From Marsupella aquatica (Eukaryota > Plantae > Marchantiophyta), in the NCBI GenBank assembly GCA_973895155.1, contig OZ316895.1:3893659-3957658 (forward strand): 64,000 nt of DNA, in the 5' to 3' direction. The translations under genes and the position numbers were made by a program. Under the pieces are notes generated by a model. It made no database searches, was not told where the DNA came from, and was given only the letters and a program-made list of their open reading frames with translations. Of this stretch, positions 38,821-50,739 are shown in pieces; position 1 is the first letter of the stretch; each line of letters opens with the position of its first letter.

Positions 38821-38870
38821 GCTCCACGTGCTACCTGAATTTTCTTCAGCCCTCCTTTTGGCTGTGGTCT

Positions 38871-38880
38871 GGGGGGGATA
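38871..38880 (+). promoter_or_regulatory. Putative polypurine tract
   Basis: gggggggata 32 nt after the pol stop, but not followed by a clean TG LTR start. Confidence 0.45.
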
Positions 38881-40911
38881 CAGAGGTTTACACCTCCACT
38901 ACGTACATACCACTTCATTTGCTCTTTCTTGGCACTTGTGAATGTGATTGGACTTTTTCTATGCATGTTGGTTGCTAGCAGCTTGCACATATGCCTTGCC
39001 GGTGACTTGTATGTTTTCGATACACTATGGCTACGATACTATATGTCACGACATCAGGCACACTATTATCCACTCCTAGAGATCTACCATGAATTGGTCA
39101 GGCTTCAGCAGGTCATTGCATCACCAAAATCTGTTGACGGAAATGTGGACTCTGCAACCGGCCCTGGCTCTAAAGTAGGAGTTGTCTAGCCCATTGAGTT
39201 GATGATGAAGCTATCTGATGCCATTAGAAGGTAGACTGGAAGACATCTGAACGTGTCCTTTCTAGTCCAATGTTGCATTGAAGCTTTCGTTCTAGGAACT
39301 CTTGAGAAGAAGACTGGAAAGAACACATGAAATCTGAACTCGGTTATCTGAAGGTTACCTCTATTCTACTTAAGGGTACTGTTTTCTGTTTTAATGTTTT
39401 AATGTTACTAAATAAATTGAGTCTTTAAAAGAAATACCACTAAAATTGTGCATTTTTATGCACTTCCCATTCTCAGCAAAATATTGAAGGCTGAGAAATT
39501 TATGTGGATTTGCAACGAGTATCTAGCTTCCTCCACCATTTGCACTATGAAGTGTCCCAAAAAAGGAACTACAGACCAAGCTACAGACACCTGAGGCAGC
39601 CCAGTTGTACATTCCATTAGCAAATTCCATAACATGGGATGCCATTGTTTCATCAATAGAGCAACCTCCTTTACAGTGTAGATTGTTCATAACCAACTGA
39701 ACAAATCAAACAAGTATGCATTGATTTGTCTAAACCCCCAACAACTGAAATCCCTCTCCACCTTTCAATCTGGTGGAACATAGCCAATTTTCCGATACAT
39801 GTGCAACCTAACCAAGTTTTGCCTAAATATTGTCTAGGAAAATGCTGACTGCCAGTACAGTGACATATCGAGAAGTTTAGCCTATTGCAGTCAAATACTT
39901 AGTTAGCTATAAGGTTTACCCAAAATCAAACGTTCCCTCATGCATGTAACAAACATTTTATGTAAGAACTGCTTTCCAGGAAAGTGAGAAGTCGCCACTC
40001 ACTCCTCGTCCCCAATTGAGAAAGACTAGCTGGTGCAAACCCAACAATGGTCCATCTCGACCAGCCAATTTGTTTTTTGTACAAAAATTCACTCTCAAGG
40101 AAACAAACAAGGAAAGTCCTTAGATTCAAAATATTGGTTTGAACTGTAGTAACTGACTCGGATTTTCAAGTTAAGTACTTCTATATTTTCCAACCTCTAT
40201 ACCTGGAAGTGTGAATAGCTAATGATTAAAGCTTTAGTAAGTGATTTCCAAATAGCTACAGTAGTCTCTCTACCCATGCATGTACGCACGTGACGGTCTC
40301 CTGCACCCAGACTCTCCATGACCATCCCTATTTACAAGCACAGTCTACATATTTGAATGTTTTGTTACAGGATAAATCAATGCATATGATTTCACTCTAG
40401 CTAGATGATGACCAGTAGACTTTTATTTTATAGTGTAAATTTTGTACATTTTTAGTCTCTCTAAGTCAGCCTGTAAATGAACAGTACATGGTATCCAAAA
40501 GTCTATAGCACCAGTCGATGTTAAGGGGACGTAGGAAGGGACCTCTAGCGTCATGAAGTTTCGGATACGTACAGCATAGGAAGGTACCTACTTAGTAGAC
40601 TGATGTATTTAGATAAATTGGGAATGAGAAGTGGAATTTAGGGGTTAATTTAGTATATATTTTTGGGATATGGTATGCTATAGAAATAAAAAAAATACTC
40701 ACACTTCCTTAAAACATCATTTATTTTGCTCTATAAAAGATACAGATTTGAGATTACAATATATTGTTTTAATAGTCTGATTTGTTATTATGTTGCAAAT
40801 ATACTTTGAATCTACCTCTTTCCACTTGCACTTGGTTCCTAGTGAGTTTTGTAATCTATCACCCAAGGAGTCAAGACAATCATTCAAGAGAAGTAAACTC
40901 AAACAATAAAC

Positions 40912-41659
40912 GAGAAATATGCTTAATAGACCCCCAACCCAAAAATTTTACTTGATCAACCTACTCAAAAACGTTTCTGCCCCGATGGACCCCCTCTTAA
41001 TAATGAGCCAGACACGATGTTCTTCTAAAAGTTCTTTTAGACTGAGATTCTGGGTGAGAAGGACCAAACTGGATAAATTGACTATAGGCCTTTGAACCAC
41101 AAACCGGGCCACAAACCCTGCTCAGTTGAACAGTGACTGTGCCCGGTCAAACCGCATGACCTGCATGGTGGTACTCATCGTCATTGTAAATTGGGTCAAT
41201 CAAATGTGAAGACATTGATTTCATGTTTATGTGAATGTCTTAGTTGTTGTAATAGTGCAAATAACTGACACTGGTGGTTTGGGAAGACATTGTGGACATT
41301 GTCTTTAGGTCACACTTGTCATTGTTTTGGCCAAGAGTAGTTTTTGTGAAGATTTATTACTGCGCAAAAATGAGTGTGTTGTTACAACAACGCTGCCAAC
41401 AAGGACCATTCCCCATTCACGGTCTTTAGTTTGATCGGGCACAGTCTGGTGAAACTGACCAAAGTTTGTGGTAGCTCAGTGCTATAGTCACTATTGACAA
41501 AGCTTTGTCCTAGTAACCCAAATTCTTGCTTAGTTTGGAAGGACCCACACAAGAACAAAGTGTACGGCTTATTAACAGGGGGTCTATTAGGGAAAAATCA
41601 TTTCAAGGCGGTTGATCGAGTAAAGTTATTGAGTAGGGGGTGTATTAAGCTTATCTCTC
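40912..41659. mobile_element. Non-autonomous Mutator-like (MULE) foldback element, 10-bp TSD
   Basis: aacaataaac at 40902-40911 and 41660-41669; termini gaga.../...tctc; imperfect inverted repeats traceable for ~250 bp (e.g. gactgtgcccggtcaaac / gtttgatcgggcacagtc). Confidence 0.75.
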
Positions 41660-44454
41660 AACAATAAACAGCGGTTGATTGACAAGTAAAGTTTTTGAGT
41701 ATGGCATCTATTAAGCGTATCTCAGTCTCAACAATAAACATTAAAGGAGTTAGGCAAAACCCAATACAAATCTCCATTCCATTCAAGGTTTACAATTTTA
41801 TTTTTTCTGTTAAGGGTTTGGTTAAGGGTTGCATTTTCTGTCTTTTGTGTTTGCCTCTTTGAACCTCTTTTGCATTCCCTTGACATTCATTGTACTTTGT
41901 TGATCCTTTTGCAAAACTATGGTTTTTGCTTCTTTAGCAAGGGTGAATTTACAAGATGGTGGGGCACTTGTGATTTTTTTCACCAGAGCTAACTGGAGGG
42001 CCACTTCTTCTTCTAAAAATAAACTCACACCAAAATCCTGTGGCAATGAAGTTCATTAGATGCTAATACCTTGAATGAAAGGAGCCAAAGTTTGAAAATA
42101 TTTGGACCACTTCTCGAGGTCCTCCTATATTCTAGACAAAACAAGCACTCCACATCAGCGTTTTGTTGGGTCCATTGGTTGCCATGTAGGGTGGGTATAT
42201 AGCACACTTGAATGGGCACTCAAGTTCTTGGGAAGCCAACTGCAGCCGTTTCCACTCATTAGAGGGGCTTTATTTAATCCTGGAGTGGATAAAAAGAAGC
42301 AAGGGGGCAGACATCTTGTACAGCCACCCTAAGCAATAAAGGGCAAAAACTTGGCCAGATAATATGGGAACCAGAAGTGGGCATGGGTGATACCCCAGAA
42401 GAGACAGAATGGAGGGCTGAGATCAGACCTTTGATGTCACATATAATTATATGGACCCCCCATCATCTGTACATTCTTCCACACATTTTGTAAAGTTTTC
42501 TAACTATAAACTGACCCTAGTATGCTTAGTTGCTCATAAACTAACATTTTTTCAAAGGAATGATGATTAGACCCATGAGGATCAGACTAGCCTATGTACC
42601 TAGGAAGTCCACTCCACCAAGTGGGCAGGATAAAAATGGAATTATATATGACCAAGCACCATGGTGTAGCATAGCTACAATACTAATAAAGTTTTGTAAG
42701 TGAATCTTTTCCCCTCTGATTGTTATAAATTCTCAAAATTTGATTAAATAGCCCTAACATTCTTCCACAATTTTTTTAAAGTCTTTTATTAAACCCAATG
42801 AAAACCCTAAACTAAAGTGCGCATGATGTGTTGGAAGAAAGTAGTGAGGACCCCAAGGCTATCTATAGGCAAATTCAATCCCCCCATTTGAGAACAAATA
42901 ATATTAAGGCCCAGACCAATTTGTCCTTGAAATGTAATCAACGTACTCTAGTCTAATGTATAACCATTCTAGACTAGCATTTTTGGGATGCTCATTTGTT
43001 GTTGTTCATTGGTCCTGCCATTCAGTGTTCACTTGTCCTATTGCACGTTAGCCATTGAAGGTGAAGACATGAGCGGGGACATGAGGGTGCATGAGGTGCA
43101 TGGCTTCACATTTCACAATGCTACCTACCATGCATGCATTGATTATACACACGAGTGCTTGATATTAGTCATCCCAACAAGCATAGCCTGGCAATAGGGT
43201 TCTTCATTAAGGCAAGTTGGAGGTTCCACCATTAACATTACTAGCTTTTGCCCTACCTCCATCCCAAAGTGGGGTTCACCAAAGCCCTTTACATAGAAAA
43301 TACTTTACACTAATAAAAGCTGGAGATCACTCTCTTATCACCAAAATGGAATCCGGAAGGCAAGCAGCATATAAGGGTTGGAGTATTCCAAGTGTTAGGC
43401 ATTTATTTTTAGGTCTAGAGTACTACTATAACTGTAGATATGCTAACCATAGAGACCTGCTTAGGTTAGCCCTGCTGCTTACTATATACGCAAGCAAGTG
43501 TATGTTTGTGTGTAGGGGTACAAAAGAATAGAAAAAGATTCATTGTTACAATATCACTTGAGAGATTGGGAGAGCTAGTGTAAAGTCCCTAGGGTGCTGT
43601 AAAGCTCTTGTATATGTTCCTTTAGAGTAACCTTATATTGGAGGTGAATCATGTATCTCTTGTTGTCCACTACTTGTTTGTTGGATGGTCACATGTGTTT
43701 GCAAGTGAGAGTCTTTGCTCAACACTAGCAACCGTCTACTTGAATGTAACACCTAACATAACTTGAAGAGTAGACCAGAGAGTGTAGATGATTGTATATT
43801 TTGACTAAGTTGTTCCCCCTTTTCTCAATAATTGATTGTGCTGAGATCTGAATTGCCTTGGCATGCAAATGTTGCATCTAGCTTTTGAGATGCCCCAACA
43901 AGTAAAAATTATGCCATAATTCTGGCGGCTAGCGGGCTATGGGCACCCAAAAGAGCTTGTTAAAAAATGATCGTGCGCAAGTGAAACCTAGGTGGAGTTG
44001 GGGATGGAGTAAGACCCCATGTCCTCCACTTCCTGGACTACATTTTGTATATAATAGTAACACCTATTTGGCAAGGTGGGTTACAATGCCCCAACAAAGT
44101 AGGGAATTGTTTTTTGCACTACTCTGTTTATAGTAGCCCTCTCAAAGTTTGGTGGTGGGCTTCAAGTTCCAATGGGAAAGTGGTTCCTGATAAGATGTTC
44201 TGTTGACACCTTGAGTGGACACTGGAGGCATGTCCCACTCCACCTGCAAAGTAATGTCAAGACATCTCCCTTTCACCTTTTGTTCCAGTTCGTTTTGCCT
44301 AGAAAGTCCATTTGGTGCCAATTTTTGTGGTCTTCTTTCAGCGCGAGACTAAATAAAACAAAATATTGGTATCCTCAATCTGCTCTAGATCCTTTTTCTC
44401 CTTTGGAATAAACTTTTTTAACGAATATAAATAAATCTTGAAAACAGCATACTC

Positions 44455-46200
44455 CTTATCTTGATCTGCCTTTGTGCCGCTCAACTGTAAATCATTTGCC
44501 GTTTGCTAGGAGGAAGGAATATTAGACAAGGCAAATAGACACCAACAATGAAAAAGGAGTAGGCCAGACCCTTCGAAAGAGACTTTAAAAAGTCACAATA
44601 ACTTAAAAAAGCTTTGCAGAAAAGGTGAAAGCATACAATGTTCTCCTCTCCTAGATCTTCCTCTGTGCCGCTCAACTGTAAATCATTTGCCAACTGCTAG
44701 GAGGATGGAATCTTACACCAAGGCAAATAAATTTCCAGACTGAAAAAGGAGCAAAGGCCAGAGACCCTTCGAAAGAAACTTTAATAAACCAAAATGACTA
44801 AACAAACTTCAAAAGAAAAGGTGACAGCATACTGTAGTGACACTGACTGCGCAACCACACAAAGCAGGTCCTTTTTGCAACGGGTTTTGCAAAAGTTTTT
44901 TTCGAGCTTCGTGTTGGAAAGAAATAAAAGGTTCCAACTGATATGCAGTCTGGTCAGAAATGATGCTACAATAGAAAAGAAATGGATTGTATTGCACATT
45001 TGCTAGAAAGTATTTTGTGGTAGTTGAGCTGTTTCAAAAATCTCCTGAATATTGAACTGCGCAGTTAAAAGGCAAGGTGTCCCACAACTATTTGCATAAT
45101 GTTATCCTCATTTCTAGATCTAACTTCTTGTGGCTCACGGGTAAATCATTTGATGTTTGGTAGGAGGATGGAATGTTACACCAAGGCAATAGGGTGTCTC
45201 GCGTCTGGTTTGGCCGGGTCATTAGGAAATGTTAAAGTCCATGGGTAGCACTTATCCATTGCCATTTTAGGCCGTCCAAAACTTTTCTATGGAGTCAGGC
45301 ACTTTCCCTATGGGGTTGCGTCTGAAATAACATTGAGACCCCTAATAAACTCCAACGATGGAAAAGCAGTAGAGGCCCAAACCCTTGGAAAGAGACTTTA
45401 AACAACCACGATAAATAAGTAAACATTAAAACAGAAGATCACACAGCATTCAATGATAATTGTTCTCCTCATTCTAGATCTTCCTTTGTGCAGCTCAACT
45501 GTAAATCTTTTGCCGTCTGGTAGGAGGATGTAGTATTACACCAAGCCAAACAAACTCCAAATATGAAAAAGGAGCAAACCCTAGATCCCCTTGGAAAGAA
45601 ACGCTAGAACAAAGGTGTGAGGACAAACTTGTGTTGGGAGACACTCGGCAACAACACAAAGCAGATCCTTATGGCGTCGCATTTTGCAAAAGTTTTTTAG
45701 CCGTGGGCACCGACATGTGCACTCTGTTGGGAAAGAATCAAAAAGGTTTCACTGAAAAAGATGTGTAGAAATGAAGCTACAATATTAATAAAGCAACACG
45801 GACTTTATGCAATAACGGAAAAATATACTTGATGGACCCCCAAAATGCAAATCATTACTTGATGGACCCATGAGTGATCTAGACCGTTGTTAGACCTTAA
45901 GTCAAGGTACCCAAAAACTCATGGGGTCCATCAATTAAGACTTTTCAATTTAGAGGCCCATCAAGTGTATCTCTTGCAGTTCCCTGTTTGGTTGGAATTT
46001 GTATTTGGTAGTTGAACTGTTTAGCAAATCTCCTAAAAAATCAAGTCACCTTTGTGCGGCTCCCAGGGTAAATCTTTTGCCAATTTGTTAGGAGGAAGGA
46101 ATACTCCAACAAATGGAAGACAAATAAACTCCAACAATAAGAAAAGAGTAGAGGCTCGGACCCTTCAGAGACTTGTAAACCAGAATAAATAAGTGAACTT
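44455..46200. repeat. Degenerate repeat array (~5 copies) with two small nested inverted-repeat elements
   Basis: ctagatct...gctca..gtaaatc.tttg...taggagga.ggaat at ~44460, 44650, 45115, 45475 and 46050. Inverted-repeat inserts at ~45190-45344 and ~45815-45980 (acttgatggaccc / gggtccatcaa). Confidence 0.65.
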
Positions 46201-48039
46201 TAGATCAAAAGGCAACAGCTGCATACCAAGGGCTCCCATACCTAGACTCTACATGTCCATATTACTCAACAAGCATAGTTTCAATATAAAAAAAATTAAG
46301 AGAAAGAATTAATAATTTATACTAACAGGAATAAACAAAGTACAGTGAAGGGAAAGCAAAGAGGGTCCAAAGAAGACAAACACCAAACATAAAAGAGGCA
46401 AATGCAACTGGGAAAATAGAGTAAGAAGAACAAACCAATGGGGGAGATTGCAATTGTTTCGGTAGTGGGATGGACTAAAGCAAATGTTGCAAGAGCTAAT
46501 GGTCCACATCTAATGTTGTAATTAAATCTGTAAGTGGGACAAGGATGTCCTCCTGGGAGCAAGTCTTTGTGGAGGCACACTAGCAACTGTTGAGCATTAA
46601 TGATAATCACAACAACAAGTCCATGATCATCTGTTGCACAAGTAGTCGACATTAAATATGTGATTCATCTTGCCAAGACTACATACACTGGAACACATTA
46701 GAGTTTTATTGCACTCTAGACTCATCAGCCATATCAAGTCTTTGTAATATAAGATCTCTCAGAGACCCTTAAGATTTTGGGTCAATTGATTCAAGGTCTA
46801 ATATCAAGGTCAACCAACGGCCTGGTTCACTCAAGTTCTTATAAAGAAACATTGGGTCAGAGACCATGGAGATAATCTATGGTAATATAGATTAGATATA
46901 ATGATGAGATAATCTAGATAATAATTATTCTATTTGACCATTTATCTACATTTCAATTAGGCCAGGCAACCATTGTGTGAACTTCAAAGTAAATTGAAAA
47001 CCTGCATGGAATGGACAGGTTTACATCTAGTAATGTATTTGAAATTTTTAGTACAACGACAAAGTACTCAAAGCATTTATTATAACAAGAGTAACACAAT
47101 TTGAAAAATATGATTTCTTGGAGCTCTGCAGTGGAAAAATTACTTGAATCACTCTTTGTGACAAGAACAACGCTCTGTGAAAAATGTGATTTCTCAACAA
47201 GACTCCTTTAGAATAATATCCAAGATAGCTTTGAAGAAGAAAAATAAGTCAAAACCCTCCAAAACACAAGAGCAACACTCTATGAAAATAGGAATCCATA
47301 AAAAATGTTTTGCAAATTAAATGCCCTTTAGCTTTGCAATGGCAAAATTTCTACACCCAAGTATCAAGAGCAATATTTTATGAAAATCAAGATTTTCCCC
47401 CTAGTTTCCTTGGTGTGAATTGTTCCATGTGTTCATTTGGGTCATTGTCTTATTTGATTCCCTTCTCTTTGGGGTTTTAGCACTTGAGCACATCTCAGGT
47501 GTTGGGCTCAAACCTCACTGTGAGCTTTCTAACACAATCCCCCCCCCCCCAAATTGTGGTTGAGAGGCCTCTAGTTACACTTATAAGTTTTTATGATTCC
47601 AATAGAGTTTACACTCATAATAGGCCAAAAGTGGGGTTCAAATACCTCTAGTGACACTCAGAATGGTTTTTGATTCCAGCAGGGGAATTGACTATAGCAA
47701 GTTTGGGTCGATAATCACTAAAATCCAAAATTTTGGGTCAATAATCACTAAAATCCAAAAGAGCTACTGTACTTAAGGATAGTAAATGATGAACTTATTA
47801 GCTATAAAAGTGAGTTGATCAAGCATATCTATGCCTATTAGTCCAGTCAAATAAAGTTTGACTTGTCCATAGAATTCATTTTGCAACATTCTCGTGTACC
47901 ATGATAACTTTCGTTATTTAAAAAAAATTAAAGAGTACACACTGTATATTAGTACCATGATAATCTTTATTATTTTCCTTCAATCAATGTACACTATATA
48001 TTATCACGTTTTTTGATGTATAATATAAAATTCATAGAC

Positions 48040-48131
48040 ATCCGGGAATTAAACATTCGCCACACCTGAAAAAAAAAAGAAGCCTTGATATAATCCGGGA
48101 ATTAAACATTCGCCACACCTGGAAAAAAAGA
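48040..48131. repeat. ~53-bp tandem duplication
   Basis: atccggga(a)ttaaacattcgccacacctg + A-run occurs twice. Confidence 0.8.
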
Positions 48132-48514
48132 GAAAACTTCATATAATCATAGGGACAGTAATATAGTATAAACTGTGTGTTCCCGGCCAGGGACGCATGG
48201 TCCCTCGCTCGTGGGCCACCTACGTGGCACCGCGCTCGCGCGGCGGTAGCAACATTCCAGGGCCGGGAAAGCTGGACCCCATCGGATATCGTGCATTTAT
48301 GACGCCGACGCTTTGCCGTGAAAGTCCTCACGGAGGGCTGGGCGCGCGCACCGGGGACAGCGCCTGCTTTAACGGCTCCGGGCTTTGGAAACCGGGAAGT
48401 CCAGCGCTTCCCCTTCCGCTGACACTGGTGCAGATCGTACTCAGGAAAGACGTGACTGTGAATCGGTTTTCTAATACACAAGTGTACAGTTTATTGGGAA
48501 GGGTGGCGAATATT

Positions 48515-49320
48515 GATACGTACTGGGCGCAGCTCTCGATGGTGAGTATAGCTCCCTATAAGGGTATTTCATCTTTCGTTATTTAAACCACGCATCGAGT
48601 TATTTTAAAGCAGCAAGGTACTATACGGCCATAAATGCTGGGCAGAGCGCACGGAAGTCGAGGATGGGGCAGGAGAGATGGTTCACAATTCGAAACTTCA
48701 CTAAATTTCATTGTAACACTATATACTCATTTTCGAAAAACATTCATTCTCTTTTGCACCCAAGATCATCTTCTAACGTGGATGGACAAGATTTTAAGAT
48801 GCAATAAACAATGAATGACAGAGATTACAAAATCAATGAATCGACTACCAGAAGAGCTTAGATTTTTTTAATTTTTTATTTAAGAAATATAAACCCATTT
48901 ACAAAACTGAAACTGGGGTGAAATACTCATTAAGGGTAAGAGTAGGGCGAAGATTAATTCGAACTCGGCGCTGCTCCCTACTGCGAGTAGGGGTCCCTAT
49001 GGAGAGTTTTTCATCTTTCATTGCCTAATTTTTTCTGAACGGGAAACCATACAGAGAGAGACTGTGTGGAAAATTGTTGAAATGCATTGCATTCGTTGGG
49101 ACGAGGGGGGCGAAATTCAATAAGTGCTCGGCGCAGCTCCCTATGGAGGTATTTCATCTTTCATTACTTAATTGTTTTTGAAAGGGAAACCATGCAGAGA
49201 CCGTGGCGAAATACTGATGTATGAGATGAGCGTGGTGAATTTTAATACGTACTCAGCGCAGCTCCCTATGGAGGTATTTCATCTTTCATTACTTATTTGT
49301 TTTTGAAAGGGATACCATAG
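48515..49320. repeat. Degenerate repeats of gcgcagctccctat..gtatttcatctttc (4 copies)
   Basis: Copies at ~48520, 48960, 49125 and 49250. Confidence 0.6.
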
Positions 49321-49836
49321 TGAGACTGAGGTGGAATACTTGTTTATTGGGTTCCATTGTTAGAGGCTTTCCCTTATTATGGAGGTGATAAAAAAACTCT
49401 AATATTTCCAAGTATAAAATCTTTGGTGAACCTCACTTTGGGATTGGGGGTTGTGCAAAACCAGGTAGATTACTGAAGCTCGGACTTGGTTTGACTTGTC
49501 CAAATGAAGACTGCTACCACCTGTGGCTATTCTAGCTAGGATGGCTCTTGCAAGAAAAACTTTGCAATTGTGTGGTGCGTCATAGGTATTATTAAAAATG
49601 TGACGACATACACACTCATGTTTTCACTTCTTTGCATGATGGATGCGATACCATGTAACATTGTATGGAGTCATCCACTAGACAACAACACATGAGTTTC
49701 CCAGGACCCTTCAACTAGATTGTAAGGAGAGTCTTGTAGGCCAATTCACTCTAAAAACCCTAAACCATCCACTCATCTAGAAATTTTGGACCATAATGAA
49801 TTCTCTATTTGGGGTTAATCTATTAATAAAGCCTGG

Positions 49837-50739
49837 ATGAAACGAATGGTTTGCAATGAAGTCAGGATGGAAGTCCAAAGCTTATGTACCCTATCCAACA
49901 TCCTCACCGAGGCACCTGCCATGGACCGAGCTCGGATTCTTTCTTCCGGAGGGAAGGGCACAGGAGGATGGCTTCAGGCCAATCCAGTCATTCCTCATCT
50001 ACGGATGTCTTCTGCGAAGTTCTCGACAGCCATGCGTCTTTGTGTGGGGCTGCCCCACCCACTTCTTGCTGGTTGACCTCCTTCTTGCACTTGTGGGAAG
50101 CCTTGTGATGCCACAAGTGTCCATCTTCTTCGGTGCAGTTTGGGAGGTGAAACCATTACTGTTCACAACACGGTGCGTGATGCGACTGCTCAGGTTCTCT
50201 CTGGCTCTTTGGTCAGCGTGCGGCGGGAGGTGGTGCTCAAGTTACCTGGTCCTCCATCACATCGGTTACAGGTGAATCTTACCATGGTCTGTGAGGGTCA
50301 ACATACTTTGGCAGATGTAGTAGTGGCAAACCCATTGCGCCAAGACATCATTGGGTCAGTGGCAACAACGGTAGGGGCAGCGGCATCACGAGCGGCAACA
50401 ACGGAGGAGGCCAAATATGCTGCCCGAGCTTCATCTGATACCTTCCTCCCCCTTGCCCTTGAGATATTTGGGCATCTTCACCATCAATTCGACGGGCTTC
50501 TTTGAAAAGCTGCTTGGGATGTTCATAGTCGGATGGGTCCCACCGGACCCCCACTATCTGTTTTCACCATGCACTTTTGCCAACGCATTTCAGTCACCTT
50601 ACAGCGTGCTCAAGCTCAGGCCATCCATCGTCGATCTCTGACAGTGGGTGCTAGTGTGCCTCCGCAGCGGCTAGCCCCCCTAGAGGACATTCCAGTCCCA
50701 CTTGCCGATTTAGTTTCGACACTTGATGTGGACCATTAG
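49837..50739 (+). pseudogene. 3' fragment of an RLE-type (CRE-like) non-LTR retrotransposon: zinc knuckle + restriction-like endonuclease
   Basis: One frame through two stops (50074, 50503): DRARILS..GGWLQANP..LRMSS..F..MRL..GLP, CTCG..D...HLLRC, HNTVRD, LADVVVANP, AKY, FLPLALEIFG, QRISVTLQRAQAQAI, then a T-rich 3' UTR. Confidence 0.8.

Larger units (their letters stand above)
28635..39190 (+). mobile_element. Ty3/Gypsy-type LTR retrotransposon encoding a DNMT3-like methyltransferase and a PHD finger (inactivated copy; outer boundaries tentative)
   Basis: Domain order Gag-PR-(DNMT)-RT-RH-INT-(PHD); PBS at 30781; PPT-like tract at 38871; 29-bp direct repeats at 28635-28663 and 39162-39190. 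Confidence 0.92.
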
